64,000 bases of DNA from Salinivirgaceae bacterium (GCA_017474765.1 JAFVGW010000034.1:22502-86501), one strand, 5' to 3'. Shown: positions 1-9,715, numbered from the stretch's first letter. The notes: generated from the sequence alone by a model not told the origin. Numbers and translations are program-made.

Positions 1-405
1 CATCGGCACACGCAATTCCCTGAAAATCAGATAGAGAAAAACTGAGCCCAACAATATGGAAATCCATATCAGCAAGTTGATTAATAATAAAACCGATGAC
101 GAGCAATCGACACCAAACGAGCGCCTTAAAAACTGCAACGGCGCCGAAACATAAAGTTGCGCGCCCGTGTAGGTATAATGCTCGCCGTAAGGATAATTCA
201 TGCTGTTGTTACGCACAAGTGATGTGTCGAATTTCACATGATAGTATGTATTGTAGAAATCTTTCAGCGCATCACCACCCGACGACGTGAAATTAGTGGC
301 GCTGCCTGCCAACGGCTCTGCTCCAACAATCAGAAACATCACGATAAAAGACAAAACAGCCGTGCACAACAAACCAAGCAGGCTGGCAAACGTTTTCTGC
401 TTCAT
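1..405 (-). CDS. Integral membrane protein, N-terminal part (runs off window); possible GtrC-like polyprenol-dependent glycosyltransferase by context only
   Basis: Hand translation of the minus strand from ATG at 405-403 (MKQKTFASLLGLLCTAVLSFIVMFLIVG...NYPYGEHYTYTGAQ...LLLINLLIWISILLGSVFLYLIF) has no stop down to position 1. It overlaps the stop of the upstream GT2 gene by ATGA. It is absent from the ORF track because it is open at the window edge. Confidence 0.55.
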   Translation of the reverse strand, partial: MKQKTFASLLGLLCTAVLSFIVMFLIVGAEPLAGSATNFTSSGGDALKDFYNTYYHVKFDTSLVRNNSMNYPYGEHYTYTGAQLYVSAPLQFLRRSFGVDCSSSVLLLINLLIWISILLGSVFLYLIFRELRVPM

Positions 406-1361
406 TTTTTTTCAATAACGTCCTTTACAATATAAATCGGGCGGCCTTTAATCTCATCGAAAATGAATCCCAAATATTGCCCCATGATTCCGATGACAAA
501 CATCTGTATGCTGGCAAACGCACTCATGAAAACGACAAGTGTGGTGTAACCCGAAACAGGTCGCTCCAAAAACCACATCACAATGGAATAAATTATCAGC
601 AGCAGACTTATACAACCAAAAATGATTCCCGCAAAAAGCCCCAGCTGTAGTGGCATTTTTGAAAATGATGATATGGCCGAAAACGAGAGCTTTAGTAATT
701 TGAAAAACGAATAATGGCTTTGCCCTGCCTGCCTCTCCTGCGCCACATACTCAAGAGTGGTGCGCGAATAACCAACCAATTGTATCAATCCTCGCAAAAA
801 ACGTGTTCGCTCACGGAAGTCCGTTTTCAACACATCGGCCACATTTCTCGAAATCAGGAAGAAATCAGATGCGTTCTCTGTCAATTTCGCATCAGAAATG
901 CGATTGATAAACTTGTAAAAACAACGCGATGTTATTTTGTTCCAAAGAGTTGCGTCTTTTCTTTCGACGCGCACCATATTCACCACATCAAAACCATCTT
1001 TCCATTGTGCCACCATTTCAGGAATCTTCACTGGCGGATGCTGCAAATCGCTGTCCATGCAGATGATTGCATCGCCTTTGGCATAATCAATTCCTGCAAT
1101 CATTGCCGATTCATGCCCGAAATTCTTCGAGAAATTTATCACGCGAACATTTGCGTCCGATTCAGCAATCGGCTTCAATATCGACAATGTGGCATCCGTG
1201 CTTCCGTCGTTTACGAATATCAGTTCGTAGGTGCAGTCCATAGCCGACAAAACACGCGTAAACTCCGCATAACTGTTGGCAATGCCTTCGGCCTCGTTAA
1301 ACACCGAAACCACAACGGAAATATCCACACTACTTTTCATTGAAAAATCATTATTTGGCAA
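402..1361 (-). CDS. Family 2 glycosyltransferase, polyprenol-phosphate sugar transferase type (GtrB/ArnC-like)
   Basis: N-terminal GT-A signature ISVVVSVFNEAEGI...LIFVNDGSTDAT...NFGHESAMIAGIDYAKGDAIICMDSDLQHPP (DxD-type motif), followed by two C-terminal TM helices. Confidence 0.85.
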   Translation of the reverse strand: MPNNDFSMKSSVDISVVVSVFNEAEGIANSYAEFTRVLSAMDCTYELIFVNDGSTDATLSILKPIAESDANVRVINFSKNFGHESAMIAGIDYAKGDAIICMDSDLQHPPVKIPEMVAQWKDGFDVVNMVRVERKDATLWNKITSRCFYKFINRISDAKLTENASDFFLISRNVADVLKTDFRERTRFLRGLIQLVGYSRTTLEYVAQERQAGQSHYSFFKLLKLSFSAISSFSKMPLQLGLFAGIIFGCISLLLIIYSIVMWFLERPVSGYTTLVVFMSAFASIQMFVIGIMGQYLGFIFDEIKGRPIYIVKDVIEKK

Positions 1362-1413
1362 AAATAAAGTTTTCGACCGACATTGCCAACATTTTTATGA
1401 AGCCATTGTTAAC

Positions 1414-1833
1414 CTAAAATTTTCTAAAAACAAACCTGACCATCAAGAAATTGAGAGGCACAACAATCGCAAAAACGAGCAATGGCGCAACCGTTGTCGA
1501 CAAACCGCACCACAAGAAAAAATTCAGAAACAGAATGTGAAGTCCGTAATTGACCAAATGTGCGCCGCTAAATCCGGCTCCTTTCCTAAACGACGGCTTC
1601 TCATGAAACGTGAAATAAGCAGACAGGAAGAAATTGCACAAAAAACTTATCACATAACCTGCCGAATAAGCAAAATTCACCCAAAAAGCTGTGTTTGGAA
1701 ACAAAAATTCTTTCAACAGATAATAGATGCCGTAATGGATTCCTGTGGCAATCACACCGACACAGCCCCAACGGACAAACTCACATATCTTATTGTTTGA
1801 CAATATTTTTGTCAGCAGTTCCATTTCAATCAA
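1414..1833 (-). CDS. GtrA family membrane protein
   Basis: 139 aa with 4 predicted TM helices. It has a GtrA-like N-terminus (FVRWGCVGVIATGIHYGIYYLL) and lies directly upstream of the GtrB-like gene. Confidence 0.7.
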   Translation of the reverse strand: MIEMELLTKILSNNKICEFVRWGCVGVIATGIHYGIYYLLKEFLFPNTAFWVNFAYSAGYVISFLCNFFLSAYFTFHEKPSFRKGAGFSGAHLVNYGLHILFLNFFLWCGLSTTVAPLLVFAIVVPLNFLMVRFVFRKF

Positions 1834-2071
1834 TATAAAGCAAAACTATTAAAGTATGTTTAATAGTGCAAGTTTCCAGATTAAAAGAATCTAGTCAATA
1901 AAATGTCTTTCTCTTCTAACAATTTATAATGATTCGGCGCCAACCGAAATCCCCACCAATAGCGATTGACAGTTTCAGACAATACTTGCACTTTTGCTGA
2001 AATAAGCAAGAGACAATATGTTACATCGACATTTACTATCCGCATTTCTATCTTTTCCAACATTTTAGCAT

Positions 2072-2079
2072 TACCTTTG
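2072..2079 (+). promoter_or_regulatory. Bacteroidota -7 promoter box (TACCTTTG)
   Basis: Matches TAnnTTTG and lies 8 nt upstream of the ccsBA ATG at 2087. Confidence 0.45.
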
Positions 2080-2086
2080 CCACCCT

Positions 2087-4291
2087 ATGAAAGCGTTGAA
2101 AATAACAATCATCACCGCATACATTGCGGTGTTGGCAGTGATGGCGGCAGCAACAGTGGTTGAAAAACTGTTCGGAACGCCGTTTGTTTCAGAAAATATT
2201 TATGGTTCCGTTTGGTTTTCAGTCATTTGGACAGTATTAGCCATTGCAGGAACAATCTACATTTTCCGTCAGCGGATGTTTGCACGACCAGTGCGTTTTG
2301 TGCTTCATCTGGCGTTCGTTACAATCCTTACTGGTGCGCTCACCACTCACATTTTCGGTCTTCAGGGCACCACTCACGTGCGGTTGGACGAACCTGCCAA
2401 CATGGCCATCGCTTCCGATGGCGGCCAGTTCATCAAACTGCCATTCAGCATTGAGTTAAATAGTTTTGAGATAGAGACTTACCCTGGCACTCAATCGCCG
2501 ATGGACTATGTGAGTCGCATTACTTTCAAAACCGATAGCGACAGCGCAACTGCTTCAGTGTCAATGAACAAGATCGCTGAATACCGCAACTGGCGCTTCT
2601 ACCAGTCGGGCTACGACCCTGACGGCTACGGCACCTATCTGTCTGTGTCACACGACCCTGCGGGTATTGGCATCACCTACGTCGGCTATGCGCTGCTTTT
2701 CCTATCGATGATTCTGATGCTTTTGTTGCCTGGCGAAGGGTTTCGTCAGACACTCAAACGACTGGCAAACAGTAAATTGACGCTTGCCGCGATAGCATTT
2801 TCTACACTTTTGCCCCTTTCGGCAATGGCAGGCACCGCAACCGTTCCACGCCCCGTTGCGGCTGATTTCGGGCGGCTTCACACCTACAATGGCAGTCGCA
2901 TCTGTCCTGTTCAGACCGTGGCACGTAATTTCTGCATCAAACTTTATGGCAAGTCTAACTATAAGGGAATGAGCGCTGAACAGGTTTTTGTCGGCTGGAT
3001 TCTAAACCCGTCACAATGGGCCGATGAGCCGATGATTAAACTGAAAGGTGAAGCAAGAAACTCAATCGGCAGCGGACGCAAATATGTATCGTACAACGAT
3101 TTAATCACAAACGGCAGCAAACTCGACAATGCTGTTTCCGACATTTTCAGCGGCAAGGATGTGCCTGGCGCAAAATCGTGGCGCGAAGCCGATGAGAAAC
3201 TGAACATTATTCAGATGCTGCTCAACGGGCAGATGCTGAAAATATTTCCGCATCTGGCTGACAACCAAATTGTTTGGTACAGTTCCGCCGACAATCTGCC
3301 ACTCGACATGCCCAACGACGAATGGCTTTTTATCAAGAAATCAATGGATTATGTTGGCGAGTTGGCTTTCACCCACAACTATGACAGTCTGACGCACATT
3401 ATCGGCAAAATTGGTCAGTATCAGGTAAAAACGGCTGCCACCGTGTTGCCATCGACCCGCCGCATGAAGGCTGAAATCATCTTTAACACGCTGAACCTGA
3501 CAAAGATACTCGCGATGGCGCTCACAACCATCGGCATCATCTGCTTCTTTATCTTCACCATTGGCCTGGCACGCCGCAAACCAACCAACAGACCGCTCGC
3601 CATTACGCTCAACGTCGTTTTGGTTGCGACTCTCATCTACAACCTGACTGCCATCAGCCTGCGCGGTTACATTGGCGGCCATCTTCCGCTCTCAAACGGC
3701 ACAGAAACGATGCAATTCATGTCGGCTTGCGCGATGGTGCTAACTCTCTGCATGCAAAGGCGTTTTGCACTCATTTTGCCATTCGGCTACATCATTTCGG
3801 GCCTGACGCTGATGGTGTCGATGATGGGCGAGTCGAATCCGCAAATCACCCATCTGATGCCTGTTCTGGCATCGCCGCTGCTGAGCATCCACGTGTGCGT
3901 GCTGATGCTCGCATACACCCTGCTGGCGTTCCTTATGCTCAACGGTATTGCCGTACTGATTATCGGCCGAAACAACGCCGAACAGATTGAAACGCTGTAT
4001 GTTGTAAGCCGACTAATGCTCTATCCCGCACTTTTCCTTCTGACGGCAGGCATCTTCATCGGCGCCATTTGGGCAAACCAATCGTGGGGCCGCTACTGGG
4101 GCTGGGACCCAAAGGAAGTGTGGGCGCTGATAACAATGCTCATCTACGCAATGCCGCTTCACGCGTCGCTTTTCCCTCGCCTTCAAAAACCGATAGTAGC
4201 ACATATCTTCCTGATTGTGGCCTTTCTATCGGTGCTGATAACCTATTTCGGCGTGAATTTCCTTCTGGGCGGAATGCACAGTTACGCATAA
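2087..4291 (+). CDS. ccsBA: Cytochrome c biogenesis protein CcsBA (fused ResB/CcsB-CcsA, system II)
   Basis: 734-aa polytopic protein with the C-terminal CcsA tryptophan-rich heme-handling motif WGRYWGWDPKEVWALITMLIYAMPLH. A large extracytoplasmic domain sits between N-terminal TM helices, as in ResB. Confidence 0.8.
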   Translation: MKALKITIITAYIAVLAVMAAATVVEKLFGTPFVSENIYGSVWFSVIWTVLAIAGTIYIFRQRMFARPVRFVLHLAFVTILTGALTTHIFGLQGTTHVRLDEPANMAIASDGGQFIKLPFSIELNSFEIETYPGTQSPMDYVSRITFKTDSDSATASVSMNKIAEYRNWRFYQSGYDPDGYGTYLSVSHDPAGIGITYVGYALLFLSMILMLLLPGEGFRQTLKRLANSKLTLAAIAFSTLLPLSAMAGTATVPRPVAADFGRLHTYNGSRICPVQTVARNFCIKLYGKSNYKGMSAEQVFVGWILNPSQWADEPMIKLKGEARNSIGSGRKYVSYNDLITNGSKLDNAVSDIFSGKDVPGAKSWREADEKLNIIQMLLNGQMLKIFPHLADNQIVWYSSADNLPLDMPNDEWLFIKKSMDYVGELAFTHNYDSLTHIIGKIGQYQVKTAATVLPSTRRMKAEIIFNTLNLTKILAMALTTIGIICFFIFTIGLARRKPTNRPLAITLNVVLVATLIYNLTAISLRGYIGGHLPLSNGTETMQFMSACAMVLTLCMQRRFALILPFGYIISGLTLMVSMMGESNPQITHLMPVLASPLLSIHVCVLMLAYTLLAFLMLNGIAVLIIGRNNAEQIETLYVVSRLMLYPALFLLTAGIFIGAIWANQSWGRYWGWDPKEVWALITMLIYAMPLHASLFPRLQKPIVAHIFLIVAFLSVLITYFGVNFLLGGMHSYA

Positions 4292-4380
4292 ACTGAAGGC
4301 GTGAAGGATTGAATAACTGAAGGATTGAATGCGTGAAGGACTGATTGAATGAATCACCGAACAAACTGACATTCAATCAC
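4291..4380. repeat. 8-nt periodic word array (CTGAAGGN/TTGAATNN units) filling the convergent spacer between ccsBA and the acyltransferase gene
   Basis: Read in 8-nt units it gives ctgaaggc gtgaagga ttgaataa ctgaagga ttgaatgc gtgaagga ctgattga atgaatca ccgaacaa. Positions 4308-4329 are an exact reverse-complement match to 54037-54058. Confidence 0.8.
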
Positions 4381-6839
4381 TTCGACAAACAATTCCCGAT
4401 ACTGTTTCTGACTGTCGCGCAAAGCGAATCGTAAGTATGGCCGAGCGGATAAATCGGTTTCAGGAATCTGACATTGACTTTCGAGAACAGACGCGGCAGA
4501 TGCTTGCCTCGCGGAAGCGCCTCATACGCGCCGCTGATGGCCACGGGAACAACTGGCACATTGAGTTCGGCGCTTAATATGGCGAAAGTCTTCTTGAACT
4601 CGCCCATCGAGCCGTCTTTGGTTCGCGTACCCTCGGGGAAAATGATGACATTGCGTCCGCACTTGAGCAACTCGGCAAGTTTCTGTATCGACTCCTTCAG
4701 ACCATTATGTAAATCCATAACAATCACATTGTTACGACGCGCCATCCGTTGCAGGAACTTACCTTTGACATGCTTTTTCTTCACATAAAAATAGGTTTTC
4801 CGCATTATGGCCGACTTGATGAACGAGGCCACAAAAAGGCCGTCGAAGAAACTCTGATGGTTGGGCGCAATGATGCAAGGCCCTTGCGGAATCTGCTCCG
4901 AGCCTTCGCCGTTGAATCTGAAAATCAGTTTGAACAGCGCCTTGCTCGCATTACGTATAATGTTCTGACTGATAGATGTTTTCGGCAGTTTCAACTGCAC
5001 TTTTTCTTTCAGAATCAGCGACCAGTTGACCGTTTCAACCTGGAATTTGGTCTTATGCTCGGCCACAAAACTCGCCAGTGTATTCAAATTACTGAAAGCC
5101 ACCAGTTCCGAGTCGGTAAGGGTGACGCCGTACGACTGCAGAATAAACTCTATCAATCCCACTTTACCCAGCGAATCGAGTGCGATGTCGTATTCAATAT
5201 GCTGATTTGCAGACACTTGAAAATTAGTCTGTTCCTCAATGAACCTCTTGATTGCCACATACTCCTCAAACGCCGGTTCGGGCTGTGTTACAGGCTTTTT
5301 GGTGTCAGATTTAATCAAATCCTGAAGTTTGAAACGCTGTATTTTGCCCAAATTGGTGCGTGGCAGAGGCTCGTCAATCACCGTGAACTGCATCACGCGT
5401 TTGTAGGCCGACTGGCGGGCGTTGAACTCGGGGAAAAACGTCTCTTTCAGATAGTTTTTCACATCTTCAATCTCCAGATTGTGAACCTCGTTATAATCGA
5501 TGCCCACAAGTGCATGCAACACTCCATTATACTCTGTTACAGCAACTTCCTTCACTATCGGCGATGCTGCCATGATGTTCTCCTCAAGTTCGACAGGATT
5601 GATGTTCTTGCCGTTCGACAGCACAATAATCTCCTTCTTGCGGCCTGTGATGTGCAGATAGCCATCGTTGTCGAGATAGCCCAAGTCGCCAGTGTGGAGC
5701 CAGCCGCCTTCAAGAATCTGCTCGGTCTCCTTTGGACGGTTGTAATAGCCCTGCATTATGTTCGGCCCTTTGGCCAGAATCTCGCCATCGACAATCTCAA
5801 TTTGCACACTTTCAAGCCTTTGGCCTGGTGTTCCGACGCGCTCGCGACCAGGACGGTTAAAGGTTATCATTGGCGATGCCTCGCTCATTCCGTAGCCTTC
5901 CAAAACGGTGAATCCCAACGTTTTATAGAACATTCCCGTCTCAATCGGGAGCGATGCGCCGCCGCAAACCATAATATCGATGTGGCCACCGAACGTTTGA
6001 TGAACCTTTTTGAACACCACTCGTCCGATTTTTTTGTTTGGTCTGATTGACAGCAATTTATAAAGAATGCGTCCGACAGTTTTCTGCGATATTTTGGCCA
6101 GCACGGCTTTGTGAATCATCTCATAAAGTCTTGGAACACCGATAATTATCGCCACTTGGTTCTTAGCCAGCGTCTCCATCAAATCGGCACTCTGCATCGA
6201 TGGCGACATGACCACCGTTGCGCCAATCGACAGCGGCATGATAACGGAGCCCATCAGCGGCAAAACATGATGCAACGGCAACAGAATCAGCACCCTACGG
6301 TCGGGACGATAAATATCCACATTGCCGCTAACCTCAATGCAGTTGGCACGCAGATTGGCAAACGAGAGCATCACGCCTTTGGGGCTGCCCGTGGTTCCCG
6401 AGGTGTAAACGATTATGGCTGTTTTATCGTCGGGATAATCACGTGTAACATATTCATCTTTAGATATTTCGCATAACTCTAAATTATCGAAGCAGACGAA
6501 TTTAGGGAAATATTTGAGTTGCAGGCTTACGTCAATCACCATTGAGCAACTCGGGCTGCTGTAGAACACCACCGAAGGGCGGCTGTCGTTGAGCATATAG
6601 GCAAGGTCATCAATCGAGGCTGTGTGGTCAATCGGCACCACAATCTTGCCGTTGAGCCAGCCTGCGTAGAACGCGAAAATCCATTCTGGACGGTTTTCTG
6701 AATAAATGGCAATCTTGTCGCCCTCAATGTTGCGAAACATCTTGGCGTACTGCTGCACACGCATCTCAACCTCAAAAAAAGTGTAGGTGTAGCCTTTGGT
6801 TATTATGGCTGGCTTCTCTTGGTTCGAATAATCTATCAT
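4377..6839 (-). CDS. Tri-domain acyl-activating enzyme / carrier domain / lysophospholipid acyltransferase (Aas-like fusion)
   Basis: AMP-binding motifs YTSGTTGSPKGV and GWLHTGDLGYLDNDGYLHITGRKKE. A central carrier-like segment carries the DSLG serine (IALDSLGKVGLIEFI). The C-terminal PlsC-type motifs are NHQSFFDG (HX4D) and FPEGTRT. Confidence 0.8.
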   Translation of the reverse strand: MIDYSNQEKPAIITKGYTYTFFEVEMRVQQYAKMFRNIEGDKIAIYSENRPEWIFAFYAGWLNGKIVVPIDHTASIDDLAYMLNDSRPSVVFYSSPSCSMVIDVSLQLKYFPKFVCFDNLELCEISKDEYVTRDYPDDKTAIIVYTSGTTGSPKGVMLSFANLRANCIEVSGNVDIYRPDRRVLILLPLHHVLPLMGSVIMPLSIGATVVMSPSMQSADLMETLAKNQVAIIIGVPRLYEMIHKAVLAKISQKTVGRILYKLLSIRPNKKIGRVVFKKVHQTFGGHIDIMVCGGASLPIETGMFYKTLGFTVLEGYGMSEASPMITFNRPGRERVGTPGQRLESVQIEIVDGEILAKGPNIMQGYYNRPKETEQILEGGWLHTGDLGYLDNDGYLHITGRKKEIIVLSNGKNINPVELEENIMAASPIVKEVAVTEYNGVLHALVGIDYNEVHNLEIEDVKNYLKETFFPEFNARQSAYKRVMQFTVIDEPLPRTNLGKIQRFKLQDLIKSDTKKPVTQPEPAFEEYVAIKRFIEEQTNFQVSANQHIEYDIALDSLGKVGLIEFILQSYGVTLTDSELVAFSNLNTLASFVAEHKTKFQVETVNWSLILKEKVQLKLPKTSISQNIIRNASKALFKLIFRFNGEGSEQIPQGPCIIAPNHQSFFDGLFVASFIKSAIMRKTYFYVKKKHVKGKFLQRMARRNNVIVMDLHNGLKESIQKLAELLKCGRNVIIFPEGTRTKDGSMGEFKKTFAILSAELNVPVVPVAISGAYEALPRGKHLPRLFSKVNVRFLKPIYPLGHTYDSLCATVRNSIGNCLSK

Positions 6840-7112
6840 CCAAAAAAACGTTCGGAGTTACTATTTCTCCTTTTTAGTTCAACATCAAAAACCTACGCCC
6901 GAGCAGTCATTACAACACACTGATTATCAACACTCATACTATCGAGCCAGAACTCCTGCGACATCTTGCACGAATTCCCAAAATGCGATTTTAAAAACAA
7001 AAAATGTGCCGTACATAAAGTCAATTGCAAAAACTTGGTCCTGCAATTCAATCTGAGCAAAAAAACGTCTGATAATTAATTCTGCAAACAATTGTTTTAG
7101 ACTGATTTTAAT

Positions 7113-7120
7113 TACCTTTG
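7113..7120 (+). promoter_or_regulatory. Bacteroidota -7 promoter box (TACCTTTG)
   Basis: Matches TAnnTTTG 19 nt upstream of the ATG at 7139. It overlaps the TTG at 7118 used by the ORF track, which argues for the 7139 start. Confidence 0.45.
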
Positions 7121-7138
7121 CGGCTTAAAATTTTTCAG

Positions 7139-9166
7139 ATGAGCAACTTCACAGATTTCGGCCTAAACGACAACATTATCAAGGCAATAGAAGAATTGGG
7201 ATTCGAGACCCCTACCCCCATTCAGGAACGGACAATACCAGCAATCATGACGTCGGACACCGACATTGTGGCTTTGGCGCAAACTGGCACGGGCAAAACG
7301 GCTGGTTTCGGTCTGCCAATCCTTCAGAATATTGACACTGAAAATCGTGAAGTTCAATGTCTTGTCCTCTGCCCCACCCGCGAATTGTGTCTGCAAATTG
7401 CCAACGATTTGGGCAAATACGCCAAATACATCGAAAACATCAGAATAACAGCCGTTTATGGTGGCGCCAACATCACTCCGCAGATAAAAGAACTGAAAAG
7501 CGGGCCGCAGATTGTTGTCGGAACGCCAGGCCGCGTGCTCGACACCATCAACCGAGGCGCTCTTAAAATCAATCATATCAAGCAGTTGGTACTCGACGAG
7601 GCCGATGAGATGCTCAACATGGGCTTTCAGGAGGACCTCGACAACATTCTAAGCACCACTCCCGCCGAAAAGCAGACACTGCTCTTCTCGGCCACCATGC
7701 CCGACGGCGTGCGCAAAATTGCCATGAACTACATGCACAACGCCGAGGAGATTGCCGTCGGAAAGCGGAACTCGGGCGCCGAGAATGTCCGCCACGAATA
7801 TTATATGGTGAAGGCCGCCGACCGCTATCTGGCTCTCAAACGCCTTGCCGACATCAACCCGAACATCTATGGAATTGTCTTCTGCCGCACCCGCTCCGAG
7901 ACCAAAGAGGTGGCCGACAAACTGATTCAGGACGGCTACAACGCTGACGCACTCCACGGCGACCTGTCGCAACCTCAGCGCGACTCGGTGATGAACCGCT
8001 TCCGCAACAAATCGCTGCAACTGCTCATTGCCACCGATGTGGCCGCCCGCGGCCTCGACGTGAACGACCTGACGCACGTCATCAACTACAACCTGCCTGA
8101 CGACCCCGAGGTGTATATCCACCGCAGCGGACGCACGGGCCGTGCAGGAAAAACAGGCGTGGCAATGACCATCATCCATTCACGCGAGACTCGCAAGATT
8201 AAGAATCTGGAAAAACTTGTGGGAAAGCCTTTTGAGGCGAAAAAAGTGCCGAATGGCGCCGAAATTTGCGAAAAACGCCTCTATTCGGTTCTCGACAAGT
8301 TGGAACGCGTGGAGGTGAACGAGGAAGAGATTGCGGCCTACTTACCAATGGCCATCAAAAAACTGTCTTGGCTCGACAAGGACGAACTCATCAAACGTTT
8401 TGTTTCGCTCGAATTCAACAGATTTATAGACTATTACAAAGATGCGCAAGACCTAAACGTTGAGCCGTCGCAAGGCAAAGGCAGAAACGATGGCGAAGAG
8501 CGTGAAAGCCGTGAAAGCCGTAAAGAACGCAAAGAGCGCAAGCAGCAACGCAACGCCGACGACTACACGAGGTTCCACATCAACGTAGGCACGAAGCGCG
8601 GGCTGTCGGTGCCTCGGCTTTTGGGCATGATTAACGACGCCACACGCGACAAGAGCATCGACATCGGCCGCATCGACTTGCAGCGGAATTTCTCGTTCTT
8701 CGAGATTGAAAACTCTGCTGTTGAAAAAGTTACAGAAGCATTCAAAACAGTCACTTACGATAACGAGCCTGTGGAACTTGGCCTCGCCGACAACAAAGCG
8801 CCTTTCGATGAACCTGTCCGCAAAAAGAAGAAAAAAGGTTTCGATGACGATAACTATCAGAAAAACAGCAGAAAAGACGACCGCAAAATCAAGATTGACA
8901 AAATAAAGTTCAGCGGTAAGAAATTCGATGAGGACGATTTCAACTTTGATTTCTTCAACGAGAACCGCAAACAGCGCAAAGGCCGCAACGATTTCGACAA
9001 TCTACAGAACTACGGCATCTATCCTGATGAGGGCTCCAGAAGGCGCGGTGGCAGAAAAGACCGCCATCACGACAGGCACAATGATTCGGGCGCGGGCATG
9101 AAATCGCACAAAAAGGTGCTCAAGCAACCAAAAGGCAAAAAGGCCTCACGGCGGAAGGACAAATGA
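7139..9166 (+). CDS. deaD: DEAD-box ATP-dependent RNA helicase (DeaD/CsdA-like) with DbpA-type RNA-binding domain and long K/R/D-rich tail
   Basis: Q-motif region GFETPTPIQ, then AQTGTGKT, VLDEADEML, SAT and HRSGRTGRAG. The C-terminal part has YTRFHINVGTKRGLSVPRLLGMIND (DbpA-like), followed by about 115 aa of low-complexity basic/acidic sequence. Confidence 0.9.
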   Translation: MSNFTDFGLNDNIIKAIEELGFETPTPIQERTIPAIMTSDTDIVALAQTGTGKTAGFGLPILQNIDTENREVQCLVLCPTRELCLQIANDLGKYAKYIENIRITAVYGGANITPQIKELKSGPQIVVGTPGRVLDTINRGALKINHIKQLVLDEADEMLNMGFQEDLDNILSTTPAEKQTLLFSATMPDGVRKIAMNYMHNAEEIAVGKRNSGAENVRHEYYMVKAADRYLALKRLADINPNIYGIVFCRTRSETKEVADKLIQDGYNADALHGDLSQPQRDSVMNRFRNKSLQLLIATDVAARGLDVNDLTHVINYNLPDDPEVYIHRSGRTGRAGKTGVAMTIIHSRETRKIKNLEKLVGKPFEAKKVPNGAEICEKRLYSVLDKLERVEVNEEEIAAYLPMAIKKLSWLDKDELIKRFVSLEFNRFIDYYKDAQDLNVEPSQGKGRNDGEERESRESRKERKERKQQRNADDYTRFHINVGTKRGLSVPRLLGMINDATRDKSIDIGRIDLQRNFSFFEIENSAVEKVTEAFKTVTYDNEPVELGLADNKAPFDEPVRKKKKKGFDDDNYQKNSRKDDRKIKIDKIKFSGKKFDEDDFNFDFFNENRKQRKGRNDFDNLQNYGIYPDEGSRRRGGRKDRHHDRHNDSGAGMKSHKKVLKQPKGKKASRRKDK

Positions 9167-9190
9167 CCTAACGCACGGCAGTTCAGATAT

Positions 9191-9715
9191 TTACATCATA
9201 CCGCCATAGTCGGCAATTCGGCGGTTTTTGTCTTTTTCCCAAACCTCAAGATTGGTAATCTGCGTGCCGTCGATATCGAATCGCAGCATTGTGCGTTTAG
9301 GGTTGAACCCGTAAACGCCTCCCGCGCCAGGATTCATGTACAGGCAACCGAATTGCTTGTCATACATCACTTTAAGTATGTGCGAATGTCCGCAAACAAA
9401 TATCTGCGGATGCTCCGCCATCAACAATTGCCGTGCCTTGGACTCATAACGTCCAGGATAACCGCCAATATGCATCATCACAATCTTAACCTGCTCAACC
9501 TTAAACACTTGCACCTCAGGCACCATCAAGCGGACATCGCGTCCATCAATGTTGCCATAAACAGCCGTTGTGGGCTTAAATGCCTGAAAATCTTCAAGCA
9601 AAGCTGCGCAGCCAACATCGCCAGCATGCCAAATCTGGTTCACTGGCTCCAAAAACTCACGCATCGCATTGTCGAAATGCGAATGAGTATCAGATATTAG
9701 GCCAATTTTCGTCAT
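9191..9715 (-). CDS. YfcE/MJ0936-family metallophosphoesterase
   Basis: Motifs LISDTHSH, WHAGDVG, GNIDG, MHIGGYPG and CGHSH. The start is taken at MTKIGL (9715) rather than the upstream M at 9739. Confidence 0.8.
   Translation of the reverse strand: MTKIGLISDTHSHFDNAMREFLEPVNQIWHAGDVGCAALLEDFQAFKPTTAVYGNIDGRDVRLMVPEVQVFKVEQVKIVMMHIGGYPGRYESKARQLLMAEHPQIFVCGHSHILKVMYDKQFGCLYMNPGAGGVYGFNPKRTMLRFDIDGTQITNLEVWEKDKNRRIADYGGMM

Noticed and set aside
4749-6050. 433-aa plus-strand ORF opposite the Aas-like gene
   Set aside because: It is antisense to a gene with AMP-binding and PlsC motifs, and its composition is typical of a shadow ORF.
7118-7138. N-terminal extensions suggested by the ORF track (7118, 9739, 9838, 14624, 21504, 26026, 31722, 38610, 39680, 42301, 45474, 47649, 50502, 57567)
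   Set aside because: These use non-ATG or far-upstream starts that overlap promoter boxes or neighbouring genes. Internal ATGs give canonical N-termini (signal peptides, conserved first motifs) and were used instead.
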